Of a stretch of DNA of 64,000 nt, positions 1 through 14,100 are shown piece by piece. The stretch covers positions 1,674,001 through 1,738,000 of the forward strand of contig NC_087255.1 in assembly GCF_037042905.1 (NCBI RefSeq). The letters run 5' to 3'. Below the pieces are notes generated by a model. That model did not search any database. It saw only the letters and a list, made by a program, of their open reading frames with translations, and had not been told where the DNA came from. Numbering within the stretch: position 1 is the stretch's first letter; the number at the start of each line of letters is the position of its first letter. A program made the position numbers and the translations under genes. This DNA is from Lytechinus pictus. Taxonomy: Eukaryota.

Positions 1-491
1 GTCATTCTGCATTTACTAAAAAATAAAGGCTTGCGGTCATAGAAAAAATGATTTTCTTGGCATTACAGTTCATTTTATCCTCAAGTAAAAAGATTGTATT
101 CTTTCATTTTTTTCAGAAAATAAGCAAAGTAAATTTGTTCCAAAAACAGATCCTAGACCAGTCATAAGGTGGGCAATGACTATTAGACATCCGTTCAGAA
201 TAGAGTGATTACAGGGTTAAAAATAAACTGAAGTTATTAAAACATGGATCTGATCATTGTGAGATATGCAATTATTTTGATAAAGCATTTTCCTGTCGAC
301 CATGCCTGCTGATACTATATCGTTCTGGGGAGTGGAAGCTTGTCAAGATTATACCTAATATTTTAGAAAGTGGTATCAAAGTCTCTAGAATTTTTGTTTT
401 GTTTTTATTGGAAATTCAATGATTTTTTTATGTGTTTACTATAATCCAGTCAAATTTCAGACTGAAAAAACAAAAATAATGTATTGTACAT

Positions 492-872
492 ATGGGCAAT
501 TCCATAGGTTGGTGGACATGAGCTCAATGTGTCTTTGTACATATAGCCCATCTAAACCGTAACGTGAGTAACCACTTTATCTGCACCCCTTGTAAAAACC
601 ATGTGTTCTTTATTTTTTTAATTATATACAAATTTGTCTCCCTAATATACTTCTTTGAAATGGATATAATCAACGTTCATAAAAGCCTTGCATGAGGACA
701 CTTTTCACTTAAGTCCACTTTTCATTTTATGCATGTCCAAATCATGTAACGTGAGTAACCGACACATTTCAAAGATTTGCCAGGAGCATAATGAAATAAT
801 AATGGCGTTCCAGCTCCAAGTATGAGTCAAGGTGTCTCCAAATGTAACGTGAGTAACCGTGGAATAGCCCAT
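492..872. mobile_element. MITE with TIR GGGCAATTCCA/TGGAATAGCCC and three internal GTAACGTGAGTAACC repeats
   Basis: Inverted termini seen directly; internal repeats near 559, 746 and 844. Confidence 0.65.
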
Positions 873-1046
873 ATGTACATAGTGGACATTTAAGTATAGA
901 AGCTAGTCCTTCATCTTCTTTGTTGGTTTTGGCTGGCAACCAGTCTAGAAACAACTATTTTTGCCCACTATCTTCTCTAATTTTCTCATACCCAGGCTTC
1001 AATCTTTATTATTATTCATTTATTCACCCTCTCTCTTATTTTGAAG

Positions 1047-1297
1047 GCTATGTTGTACGATGTTTCATCATGGATACTCCCTTAGAGCTGGCTTTTCACA
1101 TGAACATGTACCGACAGTCACTGACAGAGGGCGGTGTTCGTCGCATCCCACAGGTGGCTTATAACATTTACAAGAAGAACTACATGGCTCCTACCCTAGA
1201 TGAGGGCTTTAAGACCATTGAGAAGATTCAGTTTGAACCAAGATTCAACAGCGATAAGGATCGGGATCTGTTTCTGCAGAAAACAGACATGAGTTAA
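1047..1297 (+). CDS. PNKP: Terminal coding exon of a bifunctional polynucleotide kinase 3'-phosphatase-like gene (C-terminal part of the kinase domain); upstream exons lie outside the window
   Basis: Acceptor ttttgaag|G at 1046/1047. Translation (G)YVVRCFIMDTPLELAFHMNMYRQSLTEGGVRRIPQVAYNIYKKNYMAPTLDEGFKTIEKIQFEPRF..LFLQ matches the recognisable PNKP kinase C-terminus (RCF..HNN.FR..P...EGF..I..I.F). Stop TAA at 1295-1297. Confidence 0.8.
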
Positions 1298-2298
1298 GAC
1301 TCGTAACATAAAGCTTAGCACTCATCGTAGAGCATATTTTACAGTTGATTGCATTGACTACAATTAATGTACTATCAATCATGAAAAATCAATTGCTGAC
1401 CTTTGTGTTAATGTACCCTCTTGTTCTCTGAGAACTTTCATGCAAAGGTGTTAGATCTACATGTATGAAAAAAAAAGATAATTATAATGAGCTATCCACC
1501 GCATAGTCTTTCTAGTACACTACCTTCTTGTTTTTATATATGTATCTTTTCTACAAGCTGTGCAATCATTTACATTATTTGCTTCAGGTACAGAATAAAT
1601 CAATATTCTAGCATACAGATATTGTCATGATTTTTTAATTTATTTAAAATGAGTTATTTTGAACTAGCCCTAGCTATGGTGAGAAAATACCCCCCCCAAA
1701 AAAAAAAAAAAAAAAAAAAAAAATCACTTCACACAGTAATTCAAGACCTTTATAGTGGAGTACACAACCTTATGAGTTAAAAATGGCCCATCAAGAGGCT
1801 TGTACTATCTGTTCAGCTGAATTTCAACTTTATTTTAGCTTAATACAGTACATTGAATTCATGAGTAAAGATGAAATTAACCACCAATCGTGTGGAAACC
1901 ATATGTACACAAAGCCTATGAGAGTTTGTATCTGTGCCTTGATAACACAGCAAAAAAAAAATGGATAATGAGATATTAACAAAAACTGCCATATGTCTTT
2001 CTGTTTTTATATTTTATAACAACACATTGACCTTGATATATATCACATATTGTAGTTGTTTTAATTGAAAGCTATTGAAAGTATGAATGGTCATCTTGGT
2101 GATATCAAATCTTTATAAATCAGTACCTTTTGCATTCTGGAAGTGGTATAGACATTATAAAGCTGTATTTCAAGAATTTACATCGTCTGTAAATGTGTAA
2201 TATCATGTAAAAAAAATATATTGTCAACTTAAGCCATTGTAAGATAACTTACAATTAAGCCATTATTAGAGAACTTACCTTGCCAAAATTTTTAACTT

Positions 2299-2479
2299 CA
2301 GGGAATAATTTTCCTGGTATCGCATCGCAATTTCCTCCACATTTTGAAAGACTGCTATGTATAAAGACTTTTTTAGTAGCATATTTTTACATAGGACTGT
2401 ACATTACTTAGTTGAGAGCTTTTCTCTTATGACCAAAAATGCTACCGTATTCAAATTTGTAAAGCAAAATTATTCCCTG
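2299..2479. mobile_element. Short MITE (CAGGGAATA..TATTCCCTG); related copy at about 26354-26534
   Basis: Inverted termini and a diverged second copy in the window. Confidence 0.5.
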
Positions 2480-3285
2480 AACTTTTTTTATATGAAATCA
2501 TAAGTTATTATTCTTGATACAGAATAATTATCTAATTACCCAATACATGCGTTTGGACATGGCTATTTAACATCCAACATGTAAGACTATATTTATACTG
2601 AACAGATCATTTTTCTGCTATAATAGATACATGTAGATCTAGATGAATTTCAAGAACTTGATTGCTGCCATTTTTGTACCTACCAAACTCATTCATTCTT
2701 TAAAGTGTGATTTTTATCTAGAACAGATGAATGTAATTTGAATATTGTTGTGCCTAGTTTCAGGTTGTGAAAGTAGATGTGACAGACATTTAGATTACAA
2801 GGAATTCAGGTGAATGTGTTTTTGTGAAGAAATGTATTTCAGATTGATCATCATGCGTTGTATGCGACATTCAGCATATCAGAAATTGAAAGTAGTAGTA
2901 AACAATTACACATAGTTAACTTCAGTTGATATGTTTAAAGTCATTCCGTGTTAAAAAAATACCATAGCTGTTTTATAAATACAGATTACTAAAGATTTCA
3001 GTATAGTCTCAAATGTGTTAACAAATCGTAACTCTATGTATATATGGTTTGTCATTGACATACACTTAGTTTAGTCTTGATTGCAAAATTGATAAAATTT
3101 ATTGTATTTCTATATTACAAGAGTCAGGTAGAGAGAGCTCTAGGATTTATTTTTTTTGTATCCTAGTCATGAATTATCAGTACTGAAATATTTACTGAAA
3201 TTATATTTTGATCCGTGTATTTGGATTATTATCAATGTTCTATTGAATTGCATTTGTTGAAAATGTATTTTAGATGTCACTGTAT

Positions 3286-3445
3286 TCTCTTTGATTCATT
3301 TCAGATAATACTCAAAACACTTCAATAAGAATCGTTCATGTATGCAAAAGTCGATTTTTTTTTTATCTCTTTGATTCATTTCAGATAATACTCAAAACAC
3401 TTCAATAAGAATCGTTCATGTATGCAAAAGTCGATTTTTTTTTTT
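3286..3445. repeat. Near-perfect tandem duplication of a unit of about 80 bp
   Basis: ctctttgattcatttcagataatactc..gtcgattttttt occurs twice. Confidence 0.85.
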
Positions 3446-3917
3446 AAATATAGATGTACATGTACCAAGCTATCACAGACAGAGATCTGATTTTCAGGTT
3501 GTCTGTGGTGGATTTAAACAATGTTAAGATAATTCAACTGAAGAGTTAGTAAATGAAAAGGAATTATTTCAATACCAGTAAAAATGTGTTTTTTAAAAAT
3601 GTATAGAGCACTTAAAAAGTGACAACAGGGAATTTGTGAAACCGCAATTAGTTCAAGATTTGAAAACCAGCAATCATACAGATTAGTATGGTTTGGAGGA
3701 AGGGGCAAGATGTTACCTTTAATATATTCTTATTATAACCAATTAAGTCTATCTGGATCAATTTTCCTTACCAAAGATGGAGTTCATGTGGTTAACATAA
3801 AAGTGTCTTTCATTGCCAATAGTGTTTGTGTAATCATGTATTTTTATGTGGATTGAATTTATGAAATAGAGCAATATCAGCAAACTAGCTACATGTTCTT
3901 TTGTCTCATTCTTGTAT

Positions 3918-4490
3918 TTTTTATACGCCCGTCCTACGGGAAGTATTATGGTATCACGCACGGTGTCCGTCCGTTAACTTTTCCTTGTAAACGTGATAAC
4001 TTCAGTTTAACTTAACTTAGGCTCATATAATTTGGTGTGTATGATACTAGCATAGATCCCAGGAAGCCTATTGATTTTGAGGTCAAAAGGTCAAGGTCAC
4101 ACTGGCATGTTTTCATCTTACCCTTGGGCAGTCCTTTTCAACGTGATAACTTCAGTTTAACTTAACTTAGGCTCATATAATTTGGTGTGTATGATACTAG
4201 CATAGATCCCAGGAAGCCTATTGATTTTGAGGTCCAAAGGTCAAGGTCACAGACATGTTTATATCTCACCCTTCTGAAGTCCTTGTAAACGCGATAACTT
4301 GTTTAACTTTAACCAAGGCTCATAATTTGGTGTGTATGATACTAGCGTCGATCCCAGGAATTCTGTTGGTTTTGAGGTCAGAAGGTCAAAAGTGAAGTCG
4401 CCACCTTCCACTTATCTTGCTTGGTCAAGAAATCTATTTTGTGTGTCACAGGCGGGTGTATTATGTGCTCACCTTAGCGACACTCATTTT
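3918..4490 (+). mobile_element. Helentron/DINE-1-like non-autonomous element with internal tandem repeats of about 150 bp
   Basis: Inserted in a T-run; tacgcccg..cgggaagta stem, gtccgtccgt microsatellite, three aggtcaaaggtca-containing units, terminal caggcgggtgta inverted repeat. Confidence 0.65.
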
Positions 4491-6189
4491 ATTTTATGGT
4501 CATTCCCAGCCCTGCTTATTCTAATTATATTTTTCCATGCTTTCAAAGTTATTTTGTAATCTTTTAATTTCTTTTTTTTTCGGATCACAATTTAATGCCT
4601 TAAGGCCATGGCTGTACGCAGATTTTTTTCGGGGGTGGGGGCATGATGCCATGCCTCAATTTTTTTTAAAGAAACCCAATAGTGAGGGAGCATTGCAAAC
4701 GAGCTTGTCATGGGAGCGCTTTTTCATATCCTGAAGTGATATTGAAAAAGTATGTGCACAAAATTGTTAAGTATTCAAAATTTCTGGGAGGGACAAGTGC
4801 TCCTCCCCCCCCCCCCTGACTGTTTTCAGCCATGCTTAAGGCAATGTCATGCATGAAAGTGAAACCTGACACTATCCACTGGCTAATTGCAAATAATTCT
4901 TTGGCACTGAAAGCTTCTTCCGATTTGCAATAGGTGCGTACCTTCGGTCAAAGATAGATGTACAGTATAATTAATTTAAAGTAAACTCTCTTGGGACCAC
5001 AAAATTCTGTTCGACCATAAGGGAAATATGACTCAAAACATAAAGCTAACACGTTTTGCATATTCTAGTCTGAAAAAGAGATTCAACAAAAAGGCAATTC
5101 ATTGACTTATACAGTTATACAGACACTACTGTAATTCAAAATTAACACAAGATTTTGACCAATCTTTCTGTTTTTAGACACAGTATTTAATGATTGCTTT
5201 CAACATTTCATCACACTGATTTATATATTTATAAGCTACACAAATATTAATATACAAAATTTTTGTAATTTTTCTAAAATTTGCCAGAATGTAAATGGGT
5301 AATCATGTAAACTATCACTTGTCTTCATTTAATGTAAAATTATTTAATAATAAATGATACCCAAATCCATATTATTTATAAATTTATGGTGTTTGATTCA
5401 TATCAAAAATTTTTAAAAATATATAATTGGATTTTGCATATTATCATAAAACATAACTATTGCATGCACTGTCTAGTAGAAAAGAGGGAGAAAGTGGTGA
5501 ATGGAGTTCAATTTTTGAGAAAAAGACCAACTGCTTACCCATGAATACTGTACACAACTTGCTTCAAGAAATATAAAAATCAGTGAAAGTTCACTTCAGA
5601 TGCTATGTATTACGGAGGGTACATGTATCTCCTAATAAGTACACATGCAATGTAAACATTTCAGTTTTCAAATTACTTTTGACTATAACATCACTTACTT
5701 TATATATTTAAGCAAAAAATATGGATAACAGGTATGAACATATGACTATAAAACTTAACTGCAGGATGGAATGTAAAAACAATATTTCTAATATACAATA
5801 CATGTACCAAGTGATGTATATAGAGGGCAAGGAGGCAAGGGGCGCCACTTTCAGGGGGACCCCAAAAGAAAACCCACAAAAGTGAGAGAATAGGAGAAAA
5901 TGAAAAGGAAGAGCAGAAAAAAAAAGAAAACTTAAAAGATTTATTTCACAAACAACAAAAGAGGCTAATGTCATCAAAAGTTTGAAGGAATACTATGATC
6001 CTAATGATAAACCCCATATGTCAGATTTTTTTAGTACATGAACATACATACGAAAAAGTAAAAAGAAAACATATTTTGTATAAAAAACATATACATTTAT
6101 GTATTTGTTTCTGTATGTTATTTTCAACTACAATGTCTCTGTGCTTATGCTACTTATGTATCAAATGAGTTGAGAACTTAAAGGATTGT

Positions 6190-6472
6190 GACATGTCGGG
6201 TTATCGCGTCCGATCGGGCAATCGCGTAACCCGACCATTCGAGAAAAGGTCCCCTTAAATTCTCGACAAGCCAGGTCCAGTTTACCCTACCCTCTGATAT
6301 TTTGCTTACGACATTTACATAACAGTGAGTAAATTGTACCTGAGCATTCATATACTTTTACTGAAATTTTTCACGAAGTGTTGGGTAAACTGGACCCGAC
6401 CTTTCAGGGGGCCCTATCCTCAAATGGTCGAGTTACGCAATTTCTCTACTGAACGCGAGAAACCGATGTGAT
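6190..6472. mobile_element. Degenerate palindromic MITE
   Basis: cgtaacccgaccatt..aggtcccct pairs with ggggcccta..aatggtcgagttacgc. Confidence 0.5.
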
Positions 6473-7444
6473 GACAAAAGCCAAATAAAAAAATCTTTCA
6501 AAAGAAAACAATGTCAGATTATGGAAGGGGCACAATTTCAATGCTAAACCACCAATGTCAGATCCTCAAAGGGGTGAAATGTTAACACTTGCCAGGGGAC
6601 ACAGTTTTCTCTAGATACGCCACTGTAAACCCAAAGTGTCTATACAGCTCAGTAGAAAATTTAATTATTGTTAAGATGAAAAACATAATTTTTAAAAAAT
6701 TAATAACTAAAAATAAAAAATAATTTCAAATCAATCAAATTTATAGCACATTATTGCACAAAAAAGATATAGAAAGAGAGCATATATGTAATGCAAATAT
6801 CATCCAATGTACTGAAATCCTGGCATAAAGTCAAATATTCCAAGATTTTCTTGTAGCCTAAATAGTAAAAAATATATATGATACCAAAGAAAACTCTCTT
6901 TAATACTTATATATCTGACTTGGCAACAATTATACTTATTATGTGAGATTTCAACCTTATATAAGGTCCACTGTATATCATTCATGTAAGTAAAATAGAA
7001 CTTACGGTTTCCGTTATTCAGTGATAAAATAGGCCTACATTAATAGTCATGATGATTTTCAATATTTTCAACCTTTATTACAGATCATTGTTAGCCACTA
7101 CTAAAATCACAAGGGAATTTGCCATTTGATTAATTTCAAGAGATCAGTTTGCTATAATTTCTCTTTCACTCATATTCACATATCATATTTTAAATCCAAA
7201 TGACAATTTAATTTCAATTTTTCTAAATACAATAAACAGATCGCTTCAAGTATGTCTTAGCTTCTGAGGATTATCTGAAATAACTACCAAAATTTTACAC
7301 TAAATGTCTTTTTGACAGGAGCATTCTTACTACTGCACACATGCAGAGCTGCCAAGTTGTATTTTGCATTTTCAGTATTCTTATCCCCCAAAATCAGTAT
7401 TTTGACAAAAAAAATCAGTCTTTTTACCGTGTGAGATAAATATG

Positions 7445-7865
7445 CAGACCTGCCAACCTCTGGGAATAAAAACTGTATGTGATAAAAAAATCTGCATTTT
7501 TCTAAAAAAAAGTGTATTTCATAATAAAATGCTTGGCGCACTCGCCCATCGCGGCGCTCAAGCTGCATGCAAGCTAAAATGCGCACTGCTCTTGCAGATG
7601 AAAAAAAAAACCATTAAAACATGTGTATTTCTTCACCCTGGTTTTAACAAAATGATTGAAAAAAAAAAACAAGTTACCTGAAATTACATTGATCTAATAT
7701 TTGTGTACGTTTTATGAAATAGAGACATATAGAGATGATTTTTCTCAATAAATTACGATTTTGTAAGAAAAAAACATTTTTTTAAAAGAAAAAACGTACT
7801 GCTCAGTGTATTTTGGTTGCAAAAACATACTAAATACGGCTAAAACGTACTGGTTGGCAGGTCTG
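7445..7865. mobile_element. Non-autonomous DNA transposon with 14-bp TIR CAGACCTGCCAACC
   Basis: Perfect inverted termini cagacctgccaacc / ggttggcaggtctg. Confidence 0.7.
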
Positions 7866-10579
7866 GATGAAGTACATGGACAAATTGATTACATTGAGAA
7901 AAGTGTAAGTTTTCACTAATAGTTTGCAAGGCACTGAAGTGCTTATAAAATCCACATGGAGTAACAAAATACTTGCATGTACATGTATGCATACCGGTAT
8001 ATAACAATTTCCTCTGACGCAGAATCATCAAGGTAGAATCAGCAAATTTTCAGTTCAAGTACACTTTGTTCATACAGAAGGCATGTCAATTCTAAGAACA
8101 ATCAGTCAATGATTGCGAAAAGAAGGACAAGGTAACAGTTTAAAACACTTTAAACAACTCTTATTTTCAAGGCAAACTTAAAATGCATTTTCTTTAAAGC
8201 TGGCTTTAGTATTGCTCATGATTTTTTTTTTCTTCAATGCAAATATTACATTAATCATGGGAGAAATACATTCCTTTAAATTTCTTAATTAACAGTTTGT
8301 ATATTTTAAGATCATTTCAAATTTTCGCACACGGAATGAAAATCGAAATTCTGAAAGGAATTTTAAGAACAAAACTATAAAAACTCCAGTTTTTCATCAG
8401 AAGAATATTTTCTGTGGAATAATGCAATAAAATATTCAAACTTGGATGCAAGTGAATAAATTGAGTTGATAAAATTCAAGATGTCATTAGATACTCATAT
8501 ACATGTGGAATTACAAAGAGAAAAGAGATTTTTGATAATTATAAAAAATATCGATAGAAAAATATTTAATAAAAGTTGTTTGGAAAGTTACACGAACCTT
8601 TAGAAATTCACATGGAAATTTCAATCATATGGAATGAATAGAAAAAAGGACAGAATCAATGTGTTGAGTATATTCTTATTACAACAAGCTGAGAGTCATA
8701 AAACAAACTGACTTGGAAATCTTAAGTTGTCATCTCGATCTTATTTTCAAAATTAGTTTTAATGGCATGCATTATTTTCAGGACAGATTATATTATACCA
8801 CCTCTTCCCATGCTTTGATCAATAGCAAAATATAGAGCCTCTATACATTTACAATACGCATACTTTCTAAATGACCAATATGATTATCTATGACAACTTG
8901 AAAAGGGATGCAATAGTAAAAATAATCTCTATAACATCTGAAAAGCATAACCTACAAATATTTGGATATATATATGTACACATATGTAAAGATGATATCA
9001 ATTGCATGTTACGTACAAAAATAAACAAGATTTCTGAAAGATTTAAATGTGAAAGACTAAATATTGCAACAAGCAGCTACAGTTTACCCAATAAGGCCTA
9101 CCATATATAAGAGAGAAATAGACAATAATGTCAAATATAGTATTAGCACAGGTTATTCCATATATATACTGTAATCACTAAAAACACGATAAGAGATATC
9201 AATATACTGTGAGAACAAAAAATAAATAGGCATTTAATCTTCATGAAAAACTGCAATATTATACTTATAATCTGTATGCTAAAACTAAAGCCCTGGCAGG
9301 AATGTTCATTAATATGCTTTATATCTCTTCATTTAAAAAAAATATATTTCATTGTGCAACCATAGATTTCGTCTCATATCCTTGATTTATGTAAATATTA
9401 GATATTCCAGGTTTAAGAAATCACTGTAGCCAATGGTGAGAGTGTTTTCAAGTCATGTGCTCATGCACTACATGTAATTCAACGCAACTTTCTAGCATAT
9501 CTTGTGCAGCATTGTCCACTTTGGGCGTGTTGTACCCGTAACACTTACCATAACTCTTTGAACCCGGTAGGCCAGAATACCGGGCCTCACAGTGAACTTG
9601 CAAATAACAGACAGGTTGGTCTGAAGCCATTTGACTTGAAAAACATGGGTTTTAATGTCGGGTGATCTTTTGAAAATGACTGATCTTTCTAGTTCACGTA
9701 GGGATATTTAGTTGATAATTTCAGTCACGATTGGTATTAACTTTGGAAGGTTTTAGCATCCAAAATTGCCAGAATATGCTACTCTACTGTGGAGGCTCGT
9801 GAGGCATGTTTGGTAATACACGGTGTAATACACGGCAAGTCACCTGCGGACTGTGTGGAAGCTATATGTATTGATAAATCTGACTGTAGTCAAAGCAGTG
9901 ATTTTGAGACTAAAATGGACCCTAAAGATAATATTTCTGTCGGTAGTCTATGTCTACAAGAAGCTAAACAACTTCAGCCAAGCCGGGCCGGGTACCAGCA
10001 GGGGGAAGATGCCGTTCCGGCTTGAACCATGGGAGTTTGTGAATGTGGTCGATATGTGCAAATAATTCAGGGTATAGGTCAGGGCCGTCCCACATAATTT
10101 AGGGTTCAAATGGTTTAGACTGAGACACCATTTGAAATACATGTTGTTTTTTCAAAGAAAATGCTATTGCAAGGAATGTGATGTGCTTACTAAGGCATCC
10201 ATACCAGAAATGCTCCTTCCATAGTATACAGATTATCTCATTGCCCTGAACCCTGTAACACAAAGTCTATTGAGTGATCATTGGAATTTTCACAATTAAT
10301 TGCACTGTAAGTGTTCACTATTTACAATCAATCCCTAAAATCAATATCAATCAATCAATCAGTTTTGTGTAACATGGCTCTTGTCCAATTCCTGATATGT
10401 TTTGGCAGAAATAATTCAATTTGAGATGCATGTATATTTACTAAAAATGATGGACAAGAATACCATGAAAAATTCTATGGGTGATTAGAATTTTCAAATG
10501 GTTAATGTATTATGAAAACTTATTGTTACGGACAGGATCCATTGCATATATCAAATCTATGCATAAATGTAATTACCAT

Positions 10580-11122
10580 TCACAAACATACACATGTAGA
10601 TGAACGAGGAGCGGACATGTACACCCTTCCATACTCTTTATCTTCATCCTCCGTTTCTTCTTTTTGTTTTTCGCCTTCTTCCATCAACCCATCCCCCCTT
10701 CCATCACCATGGTTACCAATAATTTCATCCCCATCAGCACCTGTCTCTTCCTCTGACGAGTCTGGTTTCTCTGCTAACGTGCCTTCTGCTTTTGCTACTG
10801 CTAAAGGTTCTTTAGACTGTTGTCTTTCTGCCTGTTTATCTTGTTCTGCCGAGCCTTGCGTCTTGTCTTGTCCATCAGCTTCCACCAGTTGGGCAATATC
10901 TTTGGGAACCTCTATCGATGATTTTTGTTCTGCTTTCTTTTCTTGGGCATCACTGTGGTATCTACCTGAGGAATCTTTGGTTGTCTCATTCACAGTGTTA
11001 TGTGTTTGAGAGTTGTTGTTGCCCCCCTCTGTGGCGGCCATGTTGTTTTCTTTGAGTCTTAGGTAGTGGCTGCCTTCTCTCCAACTCTCTGGTATGTCAT
11101 TAATATGAAGCTCCAGGAGGGT
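10580..11122 (-). CDS. Macro-TIR3 gene terminal exon 12 (acidic low-complexity tail ending in CaaX box CVCL)
   Basis: tttttcag|ACC phase 0; TLLELHINDIPESWREG..E/K/D-rich..PRSSTCVCL*. Confidence 0.8.
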   Translation of the reverse strand, partial: TLLELHINDIPESWREGSHYLRLKENNMAATEGGNNNSQTHNTVNETTKDSSGRYHSDAQEKKAEQKSSIEVPKDIAQLVEADGQDKTQGSAEQDKQAERQQSKEPLAVAKAEGTLAEKPDSSEEETGADGDEIIGNHGDGRGDGLMEEGEKQKEETEDEDKEYGRVYMSAPRSSTCVCL

Positions 11123-14100
11123 CTGAAAAAGAAACCATATCAAGCCATATAATCAATGAATGACAATTGTAATATGCAAAATCTATATACATGTAGCACT
11201 TCAATTCAAAGCATTAAATTGAATTTAAAAAGAAATTAATTTATTTGACTCTCCTAGAAATTCCAGAAAATATGGAGATAATTTCATTTCAAAATGATAC
11301 AGAGGAAAGGTATGATATTAAAAACATGTTTTTTTTAACTTACCAAGAGTTAGATACAGCAGCAAACTCAAACAGAGCAAACAAAAGATAAAATGAGATT
11401 ATGTTTGCTCTTGATATGAGTGCAAACATGTCTTGGGATTTGTAGTACCAACATTTTTTTTAATTTATTTGACGGAGAGAATCAATTTCAGCTTTTATTC
11501 CTAATATGGAAATCTTCCAACATAGGGAGGAAAATCGATAAAAGTCATCAAAAACAGGAGAATGTTGCTTGATTTTAAATGGCATGTGAGGGTAAAACAA
11601 ATATAAGGCATAATACTACAAGTTAGTAGAAATAGATGTTTTAAGGCCACCGCACACCTTACGACCCGACTGGTCGCCGACTGGCTTGCGACTGAGTGAG
11701 GGGAGATGTGACGTCACAGCTCTTGTCAGCTTGAGCGTCGCAGACCGGTCAGAGACAAGTCGCAAGGAAAATCGGAAGGATTTGACATGTCGAATCCTTA
11801 TGACTGGATCGCAAGCTCAATCCAACCTCTAGCCAATCAGACAGCAGAGTTGCATAACGCGTATTATGATAAACAACGCGCATACGCAGTAGTAAGCGCA
11901 ATTTCTCAGATGATATGCCAAAAAGCAAAAAGCGCATGCGTGAGTCACAGATCGGATCGCAAGGTGTGCGGTGTCGAGGCTTATGACTGCCTTGCGATTC
12001 ATCTCCCCTCTCTCAGTCGCAAGCCAGTCGCCGACCAGTCGGGTCGTAAGGTGTGCGGTGGCCTTTATGTGCACTCTTACTTCCAATTTTAATTATCTAT
12101 GCATAACATCTTGCATGTTAATATGATATGCATCAACGTGAGGGCAAAAAAAAAAAGAGGTAAAAAAAATAAGAGGTCGAAAACATGATCTTATATTAGT
12201 GACTGCAGAACGCAGAATGTGTTGTGTGTATGGTTGGTGGGATATTATTTAATGAATATAAATCAATGTCACATGCATTACTACATGTACCTATCAAGCA
12301 CAGTGGAAAAATAATTGGGACCATCAATGAAATGAAAGGAAATCTTAGAATCTGGTACGAGAAGAGTGTCCGATAACAACTACATTTTGTCTTGCAGTTT
12401 CTATGTAGAAGCCTTTTTATTAACAGAGTTTCCACAATACTGTCCAAACAGTTCCAAGACATTTTATCTGGCGATAATTGCTCCCCTATAAATTGCAAAC
12501 ACTAATTGAATAACTAATCTGACCCTTGGATTTAACACTATACCCTAAATCTAACCCTAAACCTAACATAAAACACGATCACAAGTCACAACCCTAACCC
12601 TTACCCTAACCCTTACCCTTACCCTAGTAAGACAAAATAAAGCCTGGAGCAATTGTCGCGGTAACAAATGTTGTGTCACGTCCAAACACAAGGAAGGGAG
12701 TACATTAGTTCAGGTGGGTGTTTCATAAAGCTCTTCGTAAGTTAAGAGCGACTTTAAGAACGACTGGTGATCCTTTCTTGTGGTAAACGATAGATTCATT
12801 GGCGATGGTTTAGCGCGTAAGAAAGGATCACCAATCGTTCTTAAAGTCGCTCTTAACTTACGAACAGCTTTATGAAACGGCCCCCTGGTTTATAGTAAGA
12901 GTTGGCATTTATAGCTTTAACAAATAAAAAGCTCCATTGGAAGATCAGTACATGAAAATCTAAAGGGTCTTACTGTCTTGATATTCTCTTCATACACAAT
13001 GTTTTCTTTCATATTTTGGGGAAAGTTTTTAACAGGCTACACCAATCCATGCAAATGACCTCTCTCCATAATACCTGGTATAAACTGAATAACTAAAAGT
13101 GTTTTATAGAATGAAGCAATTACCTGCAACTCATATGCCAAATTTTCCACATGCATGCACTATTTTTCATTCATGCTTCCAATAAACAAGCTTTAAAAAA
13201 CAATAACAAACAGGGACATTTCATGAACATCTGAGATGTTGTCAGATCAGACAACTTTCCTTGATTCTGATCGGCTGAGAAGCTCAGCAGTATGACTGTT
13301 ACTAAGGTACATGTACATGTAACTGTCAGATAATGATGACTTTCATGAAATGGTCCCCTTTAAAGCAATTAATCACCAAAAGAAAATGTTTGATGAAATG
13401 GATCTTCAAAATTAATGAGGGGCAGAGGGGGGAAAAAAAAAATCAAAATTTCATCTGGATAAATGCCCATGCACATATACATGTACAGAATTGCCATGCA
13501 TTTATATGCAGGAAAGATTGAGTGACTTTGGCAAACATCTTACTAGCTAAGAGAGATCTTAAGACTTGATTGTAAGGTCCAATACAGTCTGAAAGACAGA
13601 AAGGAAATGAAAACAACATGTACACAATAAAAACACATAATACATACTATTAAGAAAAGAAGAGATTTCACAGTATAGAAAATACATATTGAATACTGTA
13701 ATATGGCCTAACCTTTAGGGAGACACAACTATATTGGCCAGAGTAAAGCATAATACCTCGAGTCAAAGACATTAGTCAATATAAACTAGACTTTGTGCAA
13801 TAAATGCTGTGTCTCCTAATAGTAGATAAATGTAAATCTATGTCATGGTTCATAAATTAAACATAATCAGACATCTATAGTTTAAATTCATGAACAAAGA
13901 AAGACAATTAGCAAATTGCTTGAAAAGCTAGATACACCATTTTATTGCCTGCTTTTTAACATGCAAATTTCTGACTTAGGTCAGCAGGCAAGAAAATGAT
14001 TTGTTGACAGCTTTTAATTGTTAAGGATATCAATTAGATGCCAGATATACTGAATAATAAATATCAATTATTTTAAGTTTTGAATTAACATTAAAAATTG

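Noticed and set aside
10512-11009. 165-aa plus-strand Ser-rich ORF
   Set aside because: It is the antisense shadow of the purine-rich terminal exon of the Macro-TIR3 gene.
12540-12625. Interstitial telomere as a chromosome fusion relic
   Set aside because: Short, degenerate and enclosed by inverted repeats of a small element, so more likely carried by a transposon.
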